From positions 841,823-905,822 of the forward strand of contig RDEW01000019.1 of NCBI GenBank assembly GCA_011109175.1: 64,000 bases of DNA, written 5' to 3'. The notes under the pieces were generated by a model. The model was not told where the DNA came from. It made no database searches and saw nothing but the letters and a program-made list of their open reading frames with translations. Source of the DNA: Dicyema japonicum (lineage: Eukaryota; Animalia; Dicyemida). Position 1 is the stretch's first letter. Each line of letters opens with the position of its first letter. Positions 38,384-51,039 of the stretch are shown here, one piece after another. The position numbers were made by a program, and so were the translations under genes.

Positions 38384-38422
38384 GCCGCGAGTTACCATGT
38401 GAATACTTGATTGAAGATTTTT
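38384..38422 (+). repeat. Family H head
   Basis: GCCGCGAGTTACCATGTGAATACTTGATTGAAGATTT. Confidence 0.6.
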
Positions 38423-38574
38423 GGCGTCTGATAGACTTTGGTTAAATTCAGTCTCGCCATACATTAAATCTCTTTAAAGTGGTCCACTTGAATGCATGAG
38501 AATTAATAGTTTCAGGAATTCATTACTATTTTCACATCCACCAGAGCACATATAAAGCCTGTTTGGCCCTGTGA

Positions 38575-38790
38575 AAGCCGAAATGTTGAAAAGAATGATC
38601 TACCTGACAAAGTGATGTTTACTCCTCTTGCTATGTAGACTGCCGGTGCCATTAGATCGTCTACATTGGAATTCCTGAGTCGGTTTGGTAATTAGTCTTC
38701 CCCACGCTCTGGTGATTTCCATGAGCTACACTAGTTGAGCAAGTTTCTATTGCAATTTAAAAAGGAATAGGCATCCAGTCAGGATTCTTA
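38575..38790 (+). mobile_element. CRE-clade REL relic
   Basis: FTPLAM*TAGA...STLEFLSRFG, ending in a degenerate SIAI..G. Confidence 0.55.
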
Positions 38791-39129
38791 CATTCATTTA
38801 GCTATTAACTCCTAATTTGGTTTCAATTGATTATTGATTGAGAGTCATATTTCGTAATGACTATAGGCTTACCAATTCCAAAAATATTGACGTATTGCTA
38901 AAATATTCACTAAATAATCAATATATATTGGATTAATTATTATAGCCTATTGAAACTAAGAAAGGCTTTATTCAGCAAGAGAACAACTTGGAGGGGGTTG
39001 GTACCTGCTGTGAATAAAATTGTGTGATTACTTTTTCAATTTTTCTAAGGTAGGAGAAAAAGCGAATTATGTCAAAGGAAGCCTGGAATTCTTCGAGCCA
39101 TTAAATCCTAGAAAACCTATATTGACTCA

Positions 39130-39520
39130 ATCACGATAAGGGGTTAATCCAGTAAAGTTAAAAACTCATTCAGTGCAATCTATATCCGTCAATGGGGCTG
39201 TTGAGATTGGAGTGGTTACAATAATAAGCATGGAAACATTCTTATCGGAGTTTGGCTCACCTCGCAACAGGTTTAAAGGGAAGTCTATGTAGATAAGTAC
39301 TTTAACAGAATCTGTTGGTGGGTGTACCAGTAATCCATGATACCAAAGTGAACATAGTAACCATGGTACTAACCTGGGACGATATTGTAAACAAGTTCAA
39401 TGAACACAATACATGATTCCACAAGAGCATCATAATTAGAAGACCCTTGAGAGTATTTCAGTAGAAAATAAATATGGGTTGGCCATAACAGACGGTTTAC
39501 CAGAAACTGACATTGTTTGA
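39130..39520 (+). mobile_element. Old R4-like REL relic
   Basis: VEIGV, VLTWDDIVNK and SIII.R.LESISVENKYG correspond to IEVGI, VMMWEGIATK and STVLKRTLESLTLEYRG at 16682-17179. Confidence 0.5.
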
Positions 39521-40773
39521 GGATTTAGTGAATGAAATGGATCTTCTTAGCTGGGATCAAGAAGTAATTTAAATTGGTTATTTTGGAGAACCAAAAACTT
39601 ACCATGTTAAATGCTTTCTTTATAATTTATGTCGCCTCTTTGGGTCTTCAATGTCTCGTAGCAACTATAAGGTCTTTAGTGTAAGACAAATGTGGGGTTA
39701 AAAGGTCGCTAAGATTAGACTAAACAATATTGGAGACAACGGGAATTTTTGTGGAACTCCGTTTGAAAAATATCGTGATTTCGATTTTTGGTTGTTTACA
39801 TGAAAAAAACATTCGTTCTTTTTTACTTTATCGGTTATTAAATATCACATGTCTACTACGGGTGGTAATAAAATTTTCCAACCATGATTTGAAATTAGGA
39901 TGGATAGACGCCAGGAAGATTTTTGTTGTTAGGATCTTCTGGGAGATGGAGTAAAACAGAGACCAAACCACTTCTGGGTTGGAGTATTTGGCCCATCAGA
40001 AATAAATTGATTGGTTAGCTGTGGAGTATAATATTACTTAACTACATTACACTGTAATTACGGAATAAACATGTAATAAGCCAATTTTGAAAAGCTAACT
40101 CTTTATTAAAGAAAAAAGAACTATTCAGATAAACTACTTTCTTTCTCACGTGTCTTCTGCCCCTACCGAAGATTTTGGCCAGCTCTCTAAAATTATCCTT
40201 CCGCACTGTAGGTTGCAAAAAAAGACTCGCGCGACGTTGGTCGAGGAGCATGCTCTTTTGAGCCAGCTACTTATATATTTCTATCCACTTACAACTTCCT
40301 CAAGTACCCCTGTGAAATTTAGCATCGATGTAGCTCCATGTCTTCATATATGGAATGACATGGGCTTAAAGCCAGTCTAGTAAATTTAATGAGGATTAAA
40401 ATAGTGATTTAATTGTAGCTTGTTATAAACCACTAATTATCCATAAATCAACTTATTGTCATTTAATTACAAATTATATTAAATTGTAGTCATTTTGATT
40501 AAATCAGAGTGTAAAATGATTAAATGATCTCGATAATATCGATGAAACAATAGGTTTTTAAAATAACTTTAAAATGAATTTTACTTTGTGCTAAAATATT
40601 TTTCAAATGCAAATAGAGTACTTTAGTTATATTAAAAAATAATTTTATTTTTTAATTATATTTTCAGATTGGATACCTAATTTACTAAAACGTAATATAT
40701 CGGAGCGATTCTTTTGTTACTCTTATTTCTGTAAGTGGATGCTGGGGTTAGAATCATATTGCCAATATTATAG

Positions 40774-41916
40774 GAATTCTAACAAAGTTGCTCACAATAT
40801 TCACATAGTAGCAAAAAAATCCCCCAGCAAATTACATGTGGGAAAGGAGAACGCATTCGTATTTCTTAGCTTTAGGCAACTATATTGTAGGATAAACAGT
40901 CTTTTTGGGAGTACAAATTGGATCCAAACTACTGCAGGGATCACGAACGTTGTACTCACTCGTCTGCAGTCATTGCATGCAATCATTTGATGTTACCTGA
41001 GTTTGTTAATAACGTGTTATTATATATGTTTGCATGTGAGGTTAAATATTTATATAATTTTTAGAAATTTTTTATTATTAAAAATGAGAAAAATTTTAGT
41101 GGGCTTTTCTCCAGTGAAACACGTCGACGTGTGCTCGACAGAATCGATAAATTATGTTACAAACTTGAGTTTTCTTTGGAAACAAAGTACAAGACTATTC
41201 AAATGTTGGACCGACAAACTCAAGTTGACTATGGTGATAATATTAGGCCATTGGGATATCTGAGAAGACCGACTATACTGCCCTGGCTTACACAGCGTTG
41301 TTTGTTGCCTGTAAAATGCACGAGGTCTCCTGTTATGCCTTTGATGACTTTGCTGATATGCTCAAACTTGATAGTAGTCTTAAAAAGAAACTATTGAATG
41401 GGGAGATGAAACTTTTGGAGGATCTTGACTTTTTAACTAATGGTCCCCTTGTTACTGACTTTGTTTATAGGGCTCTCACAGTCTCTAAAGTACTATAATG
41501 TTGTTATTGTAGGATGGGGAGTCTGTTTCCTTGGCAACTCATTATCTATGTGAAATATTTGTACACGATGACTGTTCAGTGACTGCTATTCCATCACTTA
41601 TTGCCTGTTCTGCCTTGTGGTTGGCTAGGAGACAACTGAAGGGTCGCTCACCTTGGGTTTGTTGGTTTGAGTATTGTAGAATGCCAGACTAACAGCTTTT
41701 CTAGTTCATTCTGAAAGTCAAATAGTGAAGCAAGTGAAGACCTTGATTCAATGTGTAATAAATTATAATAGGGGGAGCAATCATTTCAATGTTTGTGAGT
41801 GTTGTTACTGTTAGTCCATTAATAGAAGATATTCAGTGAGTAAAGTATTCCTTTTGGAGGTTAAACCTCTATTCAACTCTCAAAAGCTCCTTGATTTGCT
41901 CTCAAACCTTAACTAG
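40774..41916 (+). CDS. Divergent A/B-type cyclin; introns 41041-41064, 41224-41246, 41490-41512, 41657-41679, 41791-41814 (23-24 nt), probably 40859-40890; start unresolved
   Basis: Spliced EFVNNVLLYMFACEK...RRRVLDRI...LEFSLETKYKTIQMLDR...ALFVACKMHE...GEMKLLEDLDF...P, then a C-terminal domain PSLIACSALWLARR...W...INRRYS. Confidence 0.85.
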
Positions 41917-42639
41917 GCTTGTATTTTATATAAAATTAATTATTATTATTCCTTTTATTTATATAATTAGGATTATTGATTATGTTTTTAATTAAAGAGA
42001 CAAAGATATTATTAACTAGTCATTCGTATCCACTTGGCGCGCTGTGGTCGTCACTTGAATTTATATTCATGTCAGTGCAAGATTGGATAACCGTCCATTC
42101 CACTATTCCCATCGTGACTCCACACTCATGAAAAGAAGGAAGGCGGAGGCTTTCATTCATCATAAATCAAAGTGGACACTGTGCTAACCGCTTCAGAGCT
42201 TTCGAAGGCGATTATGACAAGTTGAAACTATCTCCATTAATGTCAGAATGAGATGTCAATAAGATCAATACGCGAAGCAATGAATGGAACGATACACGTC
42301 GATCCCATACTTGATATATTCCATGATTAATGGCCATCACATCAGGTCTCTTTCTCTCTTTGCTGTCAAGACTGGGAGATCAATCAAAGACGAATTCCCA
42401 TTCGAATCTAATTTAGGGCTGTGTGCCTGGCAAGAATGAATCCCTTTCGGTCAACCATCACCCCACAGCGTTAAATGTGAGGTTCGCAAACGTTAAACCC
42501 GAGACACAATCCATCGCTGATGAGGAGGTTCTTGTCTAACAAAGGGTATTAATTAGTAGTAATTTTATTCAAATTAACTCTAATTTCCATAATTTTATAT
42601 CTTTGTGATTATTTTACTGAATCTTTGATAAACTATATT

Positions 42640-43200
42640 ATTGATTGGGGATCTTTGAGAGCGAAAGCTATGCGCCCGATCAATAGCCGCCATCTCCTGT
42701 CCGACTTCCCAAAGGTCGTTGAAAAGGTTGATAGGGGAATAATTGTGGTTCTTTTAGTTGCAAGATTGAAACCGATATCCAATTTTCTCCACGTGAAGGT
42801 GAACCACATCAAGACAAGAGTTGTCTGAAACAGATACATACACAGTTTTATTTCTACAAGAAGCATCCGAAGACTTGAAAATAATAAAATACTACACCGA
42901 CCCCCTTCTCCAACAGACCAATCAGAATCCTCTCTTCCGAGGGACATCCGAGTAAACCTGGCTCGTCTACAATGTGGGCACCACCCCTATCTACCAACGT
43001 ACGATATCCTCTGTCCCTTTTGCAACCTCAACGTGTTGACAACAAATCATCAATTTGAATGTCATGAATTAGCACAACGTTCTTCTACAATGCCAGGACT
43101 GACCGATCTATAGGAGCGATCAACATTTGCTGCGTCCTATTTAATAGCTGCTGGCCTCCTACAAGTTAGTAAGGCCAGGGTTACTTAACTAACTAACTTG
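42640..43200 (+). mobile_element. Family 4 LINE relic with RT start and CCHC finger at the 3' end
   Basis: MRPINSRHLLSDFPKVVEK; CPFCNLNVLTTNHQFEC; 3' end matches 24190-24290 (-). Confidence 0.6.
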
Positions 43201-43206
43201 ATTGGG

Positions 43207-44150
43207 GGATCCAATATTAGTTGTGGTCATAATTTTTAAGACTATTAGAATGCAAATTAAAGACAATGCTTTTGTAGTTAATTTGTCTGGGCTTTATTTG
43301 GTTGTCATTTGTACCATCACACTTTTACTCCTACTTGACACATAATAATTTTCACCAGCTATTGTTGAGACAACTGCAGACATAGGCGGGAAATAACGCC
43401 ATGACGTCCGTGAAACTCACTGGCTCTTCTAGATGCTCTGCGTTGCTACAGCGAGACGCAACGCTGCATCAATTATGTCGGTGTGAATCAATNNNNNNNN
43501 NNNNNNNNNNNNNNNNNNNNNNNNNNNNNNNNNNNNNNNNNNNNNNNNNNNNNNNNNNNNNNNNNNNNNNNNNNNNNNNNNNNNNNNNNNNNNNNNNNNN
43601 NNNNNNNNNNNNNNNNNNNNNNNNNNNNNNNNNNNNNNNNNNNNNNNNNNNNNNNNNNNNNNNNNNNNNNNNNNNNNNNNNNNNNNNNNNNNNNNNNNNN
43701 NNNNNNNNNNNNNNNNNNNNNNNNNNNNNNNNNNNNNNNNNNNNNNNNNNNNNNNNNNNNNNNNNNNNNNNNNNNNNNNNNNNNNNNNNNNNNNNNNNNN
43801 NNNNNNNNNNNNNNNNNNNNNNNNNNNNNNNNNNNNNNNNNNNNNNNNNNNNNNNNNNNNNNNNNATCCAATATTAGTTGTGGTCATAATTTTTAAGACT
43901 ATTAGAGTGCAAATTAAAGACAATGCTTTTGTACTTAATTTGTCTGGGCTTTATTTGGTTGTCATTTGTACCATCACACTTTTACTCCTACTTGACACAT
44001 AATAATTTTCACCAGCTATTGTTGAGACAACTGCAGACATAGGCGGGAAATAAGGCCATGACGTCCGTGAAACTCACTGGCTCTTCTAGATGCTCTGCGT
44101 TGCTACAGCGAGACGCAACGCTGCATCAATTATGTCGGTGTGAATCAATG
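43207..44150. other. Assembly gap 43493-43865 flanked by a ~285-bp duplication
   Basis: 43207-43492 is almost identical to 43866-44150. Confidence 0.85.
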
Positions 44151-44539
44151 GTTATAATCACATTAACAATTAGAAATATTTTCTCCGAATACTGCGAAGA
44201 TCGAACCCAACAAACCTAGTCATTTGATTAAATGCACTCACAATGTATAAATGGAGTTTACAACATTTGTATCAATTACTGGTGAAAGCCATTCATCTAT
44301 TTATTATTATTAGCAATGACGCGGAACCAGAAAAGTTAACTAATTTGAAATTCCACTTTTGCCAAACATCTCTAGATAAGCGCTGTGAGTCGTTTCCATC
44401 CTCCCTTGTTTCTCGCATCCGCCTTCAGATCATCCAGATCTTCTCCTGTTTTCAGTTTTATTCCTATGCAAGTGAGTTCTTTGTCGACTTCGATACGTTG
44501 TTTTGTTTAATACAGAAAAGTATGATTTTATGGCCTGAT

Positions 44540-47110
44540 TGGCCGGTGCCACTTCCAAAGCTCTTAGGATATGTCCAAAGAGCTGCCATCTCGCAGAAGT
44601 AACTTTATTCCCAATCTTTGTTGTTTGAGTGATTCTATATAGCTCGTCGTTGGTTATCGGTTTTGGCCAGTAGACTCCCGGAAGAAATCACAGTTGTTTT
44701 CTGTGGAGAGTTGAGGTTCTCCAGTTCTTTGGTGGTTAAGCTCCATGTCCCCGCGTTATAAAGTAGAATTGGTTCGTTATAGAAGTTGTACAACCGAATT
44801 CGAAGGCGGTCCTCCGTCCTTGTTTCTTCCCTCTTGAGTTCAGTTACCTCAGTCTTGTCCGAATTTACTGTTAGGAACCATTCAGCTAGTCTTCCAGCAA
44901 GCGCTTGTTTCTTCCCTCTTGAGTTCAGTTACCTCAGTCTTGTCCGAATTTACTGTTAGGAACCATTCAGCTAGTCTTCCAGCAAGCGGGTGAGCGATAT
45001 TTTGTCATTAGAAATAAAGTCTACGTCGTCAGCAGACGCAATAATGTTTGTCTTTTCACCAAGTATCGGTTTTGATTCCCGTAGAGCAGCTCCAAGGTAT
45101 ATGACAAAAAGAATAGCTGATAATGGGTCTCACTGTGGAGTGCCAACAGTAGTCTCAAATTGGCGAGACAAGGCTCCCACGACTCTTGCAATGAGCCAAG
45201 TATCAGCTAGGATAGTTTGTGGCCATTCTGACAATGGAAGCGTCTAGGAAACTCCCCAGAACCAATATTAGCCTCCCTCTGTCGACAGGGTCGAAGGCCC
45301 TTGAAATGTCGATTTGAGGATGGTTGTAGACATTTTGAACTTTTGAACGGTCGCAGATCTCCACTTTTGGGACCACAAAACATCTGAGGTAGATCTACCT
45401 CTTCTGAATCCGCTGTGGTTTAGCGACAGAAAAGTATCTAGGCGTCCTTCCATCCTTTGTAATGTTATGTTCGTCAGAATTTTCCGAAGTGAATTCATTA
45501 ATATGACTGGACGGACGTTCCCCATTTTGGCTCTTGGTTTATTCGTCTTCTGTACAGATATCAAGATACCCTCTCTAAGGGTCAGCGTGTGACCGTAATA
45601 GTACATTTCATTCAGGATCCTAGCGATGCATTCAGACAGCTTTTGGGTTCCATATTTGAAGAATTCATCACCGAGTCCGTCGGGGCCAAGAGTCCTGTTG
45701 TTTTCAACTTGGAACTCGCATGTTTAACTTCATATGGTGTGATTTCTTCGTCCAATTTTTCTTGTTCTAAGATGATAGTGTCGTTCCTTGGATTGAAAAG
45801 TTTTCCAAAATGGGCAGCGATAATTTCCGCCACTTCCCTTTGCTTCACAATCTGCGTTCCTTTGTCATCTCTTATCATTATCGGTTGATGGTGTCTCTTT
45901 TCTTTCATCTGCTTAACAGCCACGTAGAACTTTGCGTTGTCCTTGAGAGATTCTATCTTCTTAATCTGGTCCAGTGCTCTATTTCTGTTATGCTGACGTA
46001 TAGTTTTTCTTATTTTTGCTTTGATAGTTTTTTTTCTATCAATAATTTTGATTTTACGTTCGAATCCATGTGATCTTTTGCTTTTTGGCAAGGTCCTTCA
46101 CCATGTACATGTCATTGTGCGATGGGATTTTCTCATGTTCTTTTAATAGATGCAGGCTGGCTCCTTTGTGTATTGACTGCTTTACAAAATCCCAAGATTT
46201 TCCGGGCGGCAAATCTGTAGGCATGTTTTCTAGTTCTGCATCAAAATATTCTTTGAATGCTAGGACCCCTTCTGATTGACTGATTAAGGATTCCAAATTA
46301 TAACGTATAAAGTTGGGTTCAGTGGTTCCAAAGTGTTTCCATTTCGTTATTTGTAATATCATAAATCTCTTTAGAGAAAATCTAGCAATAACCATTTTGT
46401 GGTCGCTGTCGATAATCGATCCACCATAAGCTTGTGCATCAAGTATAATCCTTTGATCTTTCTGTCTGCAGATGATGTAGTCAATTTTGTTGTATATGTT
46501 GATTACTCGCCCTTCAGAATTTGTTGTATATCCTGACCACGTTGATTTATGTCTGACTGGATGCATGAAGGCTGTATTGCATAAAATTTGTTCGTTTGAC
46601 AAAAGTTAGCCAATAGGGTTCCAGGGAGATTTCTTTTCCCCTATTATCCCTTCCCATGAATGTCTCATCGGTTGTAACTTGGGTGCCAGCTTTCGCATTT
46701 AGGTCTCCTGCGATCATTACTAATGTTGATAGAGCATACTGGAGAAGACGGAGAAAGACTGGTGTAAATGTCATCTTCGACGGGTTGAGGTCATCCAGTT
46801 TCAATTGCAACATCCCGATTCTATCATTCACGCTGTAATAGCGGCAGACTCTCTTGGATAGATCATTCCTAACGGCAAATCCTAGCTCATAGTAGTGCTT
46901 GTTCCAACCTGGAAGGAAGACTAGTCGATAGTTCCCATGTTGTTTTTCGATCTCGTTGATTAGTTTAGTCTCCTGAAGGTAGGCGACTGAAATCTTGTAC
47001 TTTGAAAGATCCTCGACCAGTTCTTTCTATTTCCAAACGCTAGAGAGTCCCCTGACGTTAAACGTGAGAAAGGAAAAGTCAAATGACTTGATAATGTGTT
47101 TTCCAGACAT
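44540..47110 (-). mobile_element. Near full-length RTE-clade LINE, decayed
   Basis: TFNVRGL, AYLQETK, IAGDLNAK, NKIDYIIC...GSIIDSDHKMVIARF, GPDGL, RPVILMNSLRK, HSGFRRGRSTSD, PILLYNAGTW. Confidence 0.9.
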
Positions 47111-49289
47111 TGAGTTCAAGAGCCACGTCACCAGCTCAATCAAAAAAACTGTAGACTGTTTAGATTGCCTTTTCCCTTTCCATTCATCCATTTCCCCATA
47201 CAACAGTTAAAGAATCCCTCAATATACAGTCTCATTAAAAATTAGATAGGCTTTTCAACACCAATTTTTACTGAGAGTGAGTATGGTGCGATGGCAGTAC
47301 TATTCTTGACTCTGCCAACAGAGGACATTGATGAAATACTCAGCCCTATGAGATTTTTCCGTTTTGTCCCAATTGCTTCAAAACCCTCAGAGTTGTCAGA
47401 AGAATTGGAAAGAGTAGTCAAGAAAATTTAGAATGCAATCACGAAACCACTAAGAGACTCTCCGAGAACTGAAATAATTCCAGCGGTGCTTTTTTATTAA
47501 AGGAATAATTGTCTGATCCTATTTTCCGGGAAAACCATAAGTGAGATCTCTCAATCTACCGTTGAGAATATTTTTTTGGAAATTTAAGTAAACACGTATC
47601 ATTACTCGGAAAAAAGTCTTACAAATCTACTGATGCCTTGGAAAATTACTTGCTAAATCGCTTTAAAAAATTAAAAAATTTCTGAAATTCTCCAGTGATA
47701 CATGAATCTCCGCATACTTTGAAGTGCTTAATATCAAGGAAAGGCGAACCGTTTATCTTAAATGGTATTGCCTTTGATAGGCAGAATCTAATACCATTAG
47801 TCTGGTAAGGTGGAGGCAAAATTATGTTATTTATTAACCCTAGGCTAACAATCTTTGTTAAACACAGCAACAAGTCATAACTAATTAATCCAAGGATGGA
47901 ACCTAAGGGAGAATGTTTCCTTGTGTCGAACAAATCCATCTTCCAATAATCCATTACAAGCTTACGCTTTCGAAGAGAGATGGAGAAGTAGTTCCACTAT
48001 CTTCCGTTTTTATCGTACGTCTTACCGTTGCCACCATCACTTCATTCTTAGGGAAGGAGTTTTCATAATGGTAATCTTCACCAGTTGGGAAGAAATTCTT
48101 TATTTTAAAAATGGTACTGCGTTTGATAGACAGAATCCGATCCCATCGGTCGATTATATTTACCTGTAACGGGGGCATACAGCGGTCAAATGCGGTGGAG
48201 GTAAATTTGCCAATCTCAAACTTTAGAAGGTACAGTAAGATATTGTTTCCCTTACACCTTTTATCGTGGTTAAGTGAGATTTTCGTCGAACAAAAGTACG
48301 GAACCTTAAAATGGCATCACAATGTCAAGATCTTAGCGAACATTTATTGGCAAAAATGAAGTACAATTTTGCTGAAATTTTATCAAAAAGAATGGCCAAG
48401 TCCGATGAACAGAAATGTGTAATTTAATACCAAAACTTTTCATAAAAATTTTAATTTTGTAGATAAAAAAAGTCAAGACATGGGAGATTATTCGCGGCAG
48501 GCATAAGTGGAGATGAATAAAAAAACGACATCACGAAGTTTACGTAAAAATTAAAAAATTTCATAATTAAAAAAAATCAAATTTGTCGTTTTTGTAGTTT
48601 AAATTTTTTAGTGTAAATAAGAATAGAGAAGTGATGGAAACAATTTTTGAAAAATAGCTTACAAATATTTGAAATAGAAATCTTGTTAATATTTCACTTA
48701 AAAATATTCCGAAAATTGGAATCTAATTTTTTAACAGCACTGTATGACCTCTCTAAAAAGGATCCTTAGACAGTGACAATACTTGTCATATTTCCTGACA
48801 AATTCCGGACAGTAAAAAGAAAAAATATTGATGTATATTATTCCAGGTAACCAATCGATATCCTTATTATTTAAATTTTTTTATTAAAGAAAAAATCTGG
48901 GAACTATGTGATCGTCTCGTAGCCACTACCAAGCAAACTATTTGGTATTAATTACCTTTCCGTAGAGGACCAGTAATAAACCAGGTAACATAGTCGTTAG
49001 AACTCTTGCTCAAATCACGATTAGCTGCGAATTCGATTAGAGCTCCGCTACTTATCCGAGCCAAGATTTTATTAGACGTTAATAACTCTATTCCTTCCCG
49101 ATAAATCCAGTGTTACAGAATAAATACGACAATCCGGTTCCTCAATGGGGCATCACTAATGATGGAGTCACTGTCAACCAGGAAACATCGTAGACACACG
49201 AAGCCTTCATCCGGAATCAACAGCTGTGAGATTCAAACAGGGAACTATCCGGTATTTATGCAATTACCCATCAAATTAAATAATATGGC

Positions 49290-50900
49290 TTTTAATGATG
49301 CAAACTGCAAAAGATGAGATCTGTAAAAATGCAACATAAGAAACGAACGGAAACGGATCACTGGACGGCTTGTTCGTGTGGTTTCCACATGTCCTGTATT
49401 GGAATGATTAAAGCCCTGCCTGTTATTTCCGATTGGCATTGTCAGTCATGCCTCCTGACAGAGAAAACGACATTTTTGACTCTACGCTATCCTTCTGAAC
49501 AAGTGCCACTGGATCATCAGGAAGTACTTGAATTGAATTTAAATCTGACACACACGAAGGCTCCTGNNGAATGATTAAAGCCCTGTCTGTTATTTCCGAT
49601 TGGCATTGTCAGTCATGCCTCCTAACAGAGAAAACGACATTTTTGACTCTACGCTATCCTTCTGAACAAGTGCCACTGGATCATCAGGAAGTACTTGAAT
49701 TGAATTTAAATCTGACACACACGAAGGCTCCTGATCATGATTTTTAAAACTGCCCGTGTATCTGTATCGGACTGCCTATGCGAGTGTATTGAAAGGGCAG
49801 TCTCTTCGGACGACTCTGAGGATTTGGTACGATTATTTTCTTTCCCTCCATTCACACCCCATAAGAAAAAAAAAGAAAAAGAAATCACTCACGTCCATAG
49901 TAAAAGAAAATATCCACACATTCTCCTCTGGGAAATTATTGGTTAACTCCGAAAAGCACATGCAGAGATTCCAGAACTACGAGAACCAAACATCGATTCT
50001 CTCGGACACAAAAAGATTACGAAGTGCAATACGTTGCAATTTGTGCTGCCGTGAGAATTCTTGGAGTCAGAACAGTATGCTTGAGGAATCCTACGCAGCA
50101 CTCATTGAGCGACACCCAAGTCCCCCAAAAGACCTGCAGATCCCACCTTGCCCTGGAAAATTATCTAATCTACTTGTTTCTAGGGAGAGGACGTAAAAGA
50201 TGGGATTCTCTCTTTTGTACCGAGCAGCAGTGGAGCATTTGACGGTCTCTGTCAGGTCCAAAACCTCATTGCTCACACGGGCAACCCTGAAGTCCGGCTT
50301 TGTCGGCTATGACAAAACAATGAACAGGATGCTTTCAGGGACACTACCAGAAGCATTTCGACACGTCATCTTCTTCGCAAAGTAAATTGCAATCGATAAA
50401 AGAAAAGGAATACGCCCTATTGATGTTGGATTGGTTTTCCGTCGGTTGGCCTCAAAACTTTTATTCAGAGTAATCCTGTTTGCGCTAGTAACACAGTTAC
50501 AACCCAAATAGGGGTCGGATCTTCCGGGGGGTTGTGAAGCGGCAATTCATGCTGTCCGTACGTTCACTGAGAAGAACAAGATTATCTTAATTTAATCGTC
50601 AAAAATAGATATCAAAAACGCCTTCAAAACGATACGTGTGATACAATTTTTGAAGATTGTTTTACATTCTACCCATCTGTATACAACAATGGTCATAGCT
50701 TCTATGGAAAACCTTCCAGTTTGGTCCACGGATAATACTTCATTCCCTCGTCATCTGGAGTCCAACTAGGAGACTCACTGGGCCCAACCTTGTTCATCCT
50801 GGGAATTGGCTGTATCAAGGGATATTATTCTATTTCTCTGAAAGCGTGTTATTAGGATGATTTCACCATAGATGGTAGTCTAAAGAATGTGCTAGATTAT
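49290..50900 (+). mobile_element. CRE-clade element, 5' half: PHD-like finger plus RT
   Basis: WTACSCGFHMSCIG...WHCQSC; KTARVSVSDCL; ICAAVRIL; KGIRPIDVGLVFRRLASK; GGCEAAIHAVR; DIKNAF; GVQLGDSLGPTLF; DDFT. The finger is duplicated across NN at 49567-49568. Confidence 0.85.
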
Positions 50901-51039
50901 TTGAATGTTCAGAGATCATTCCGAAAGCCACAGAAACCAAAGAGATCAGCTGGAAATGGTCGGATGCACCCTTAAAGATGATGGAATCAGAACAGTCTCA
51001 GAACACAAGAACAACAACTAAAAACAACTTTCTGGACGC

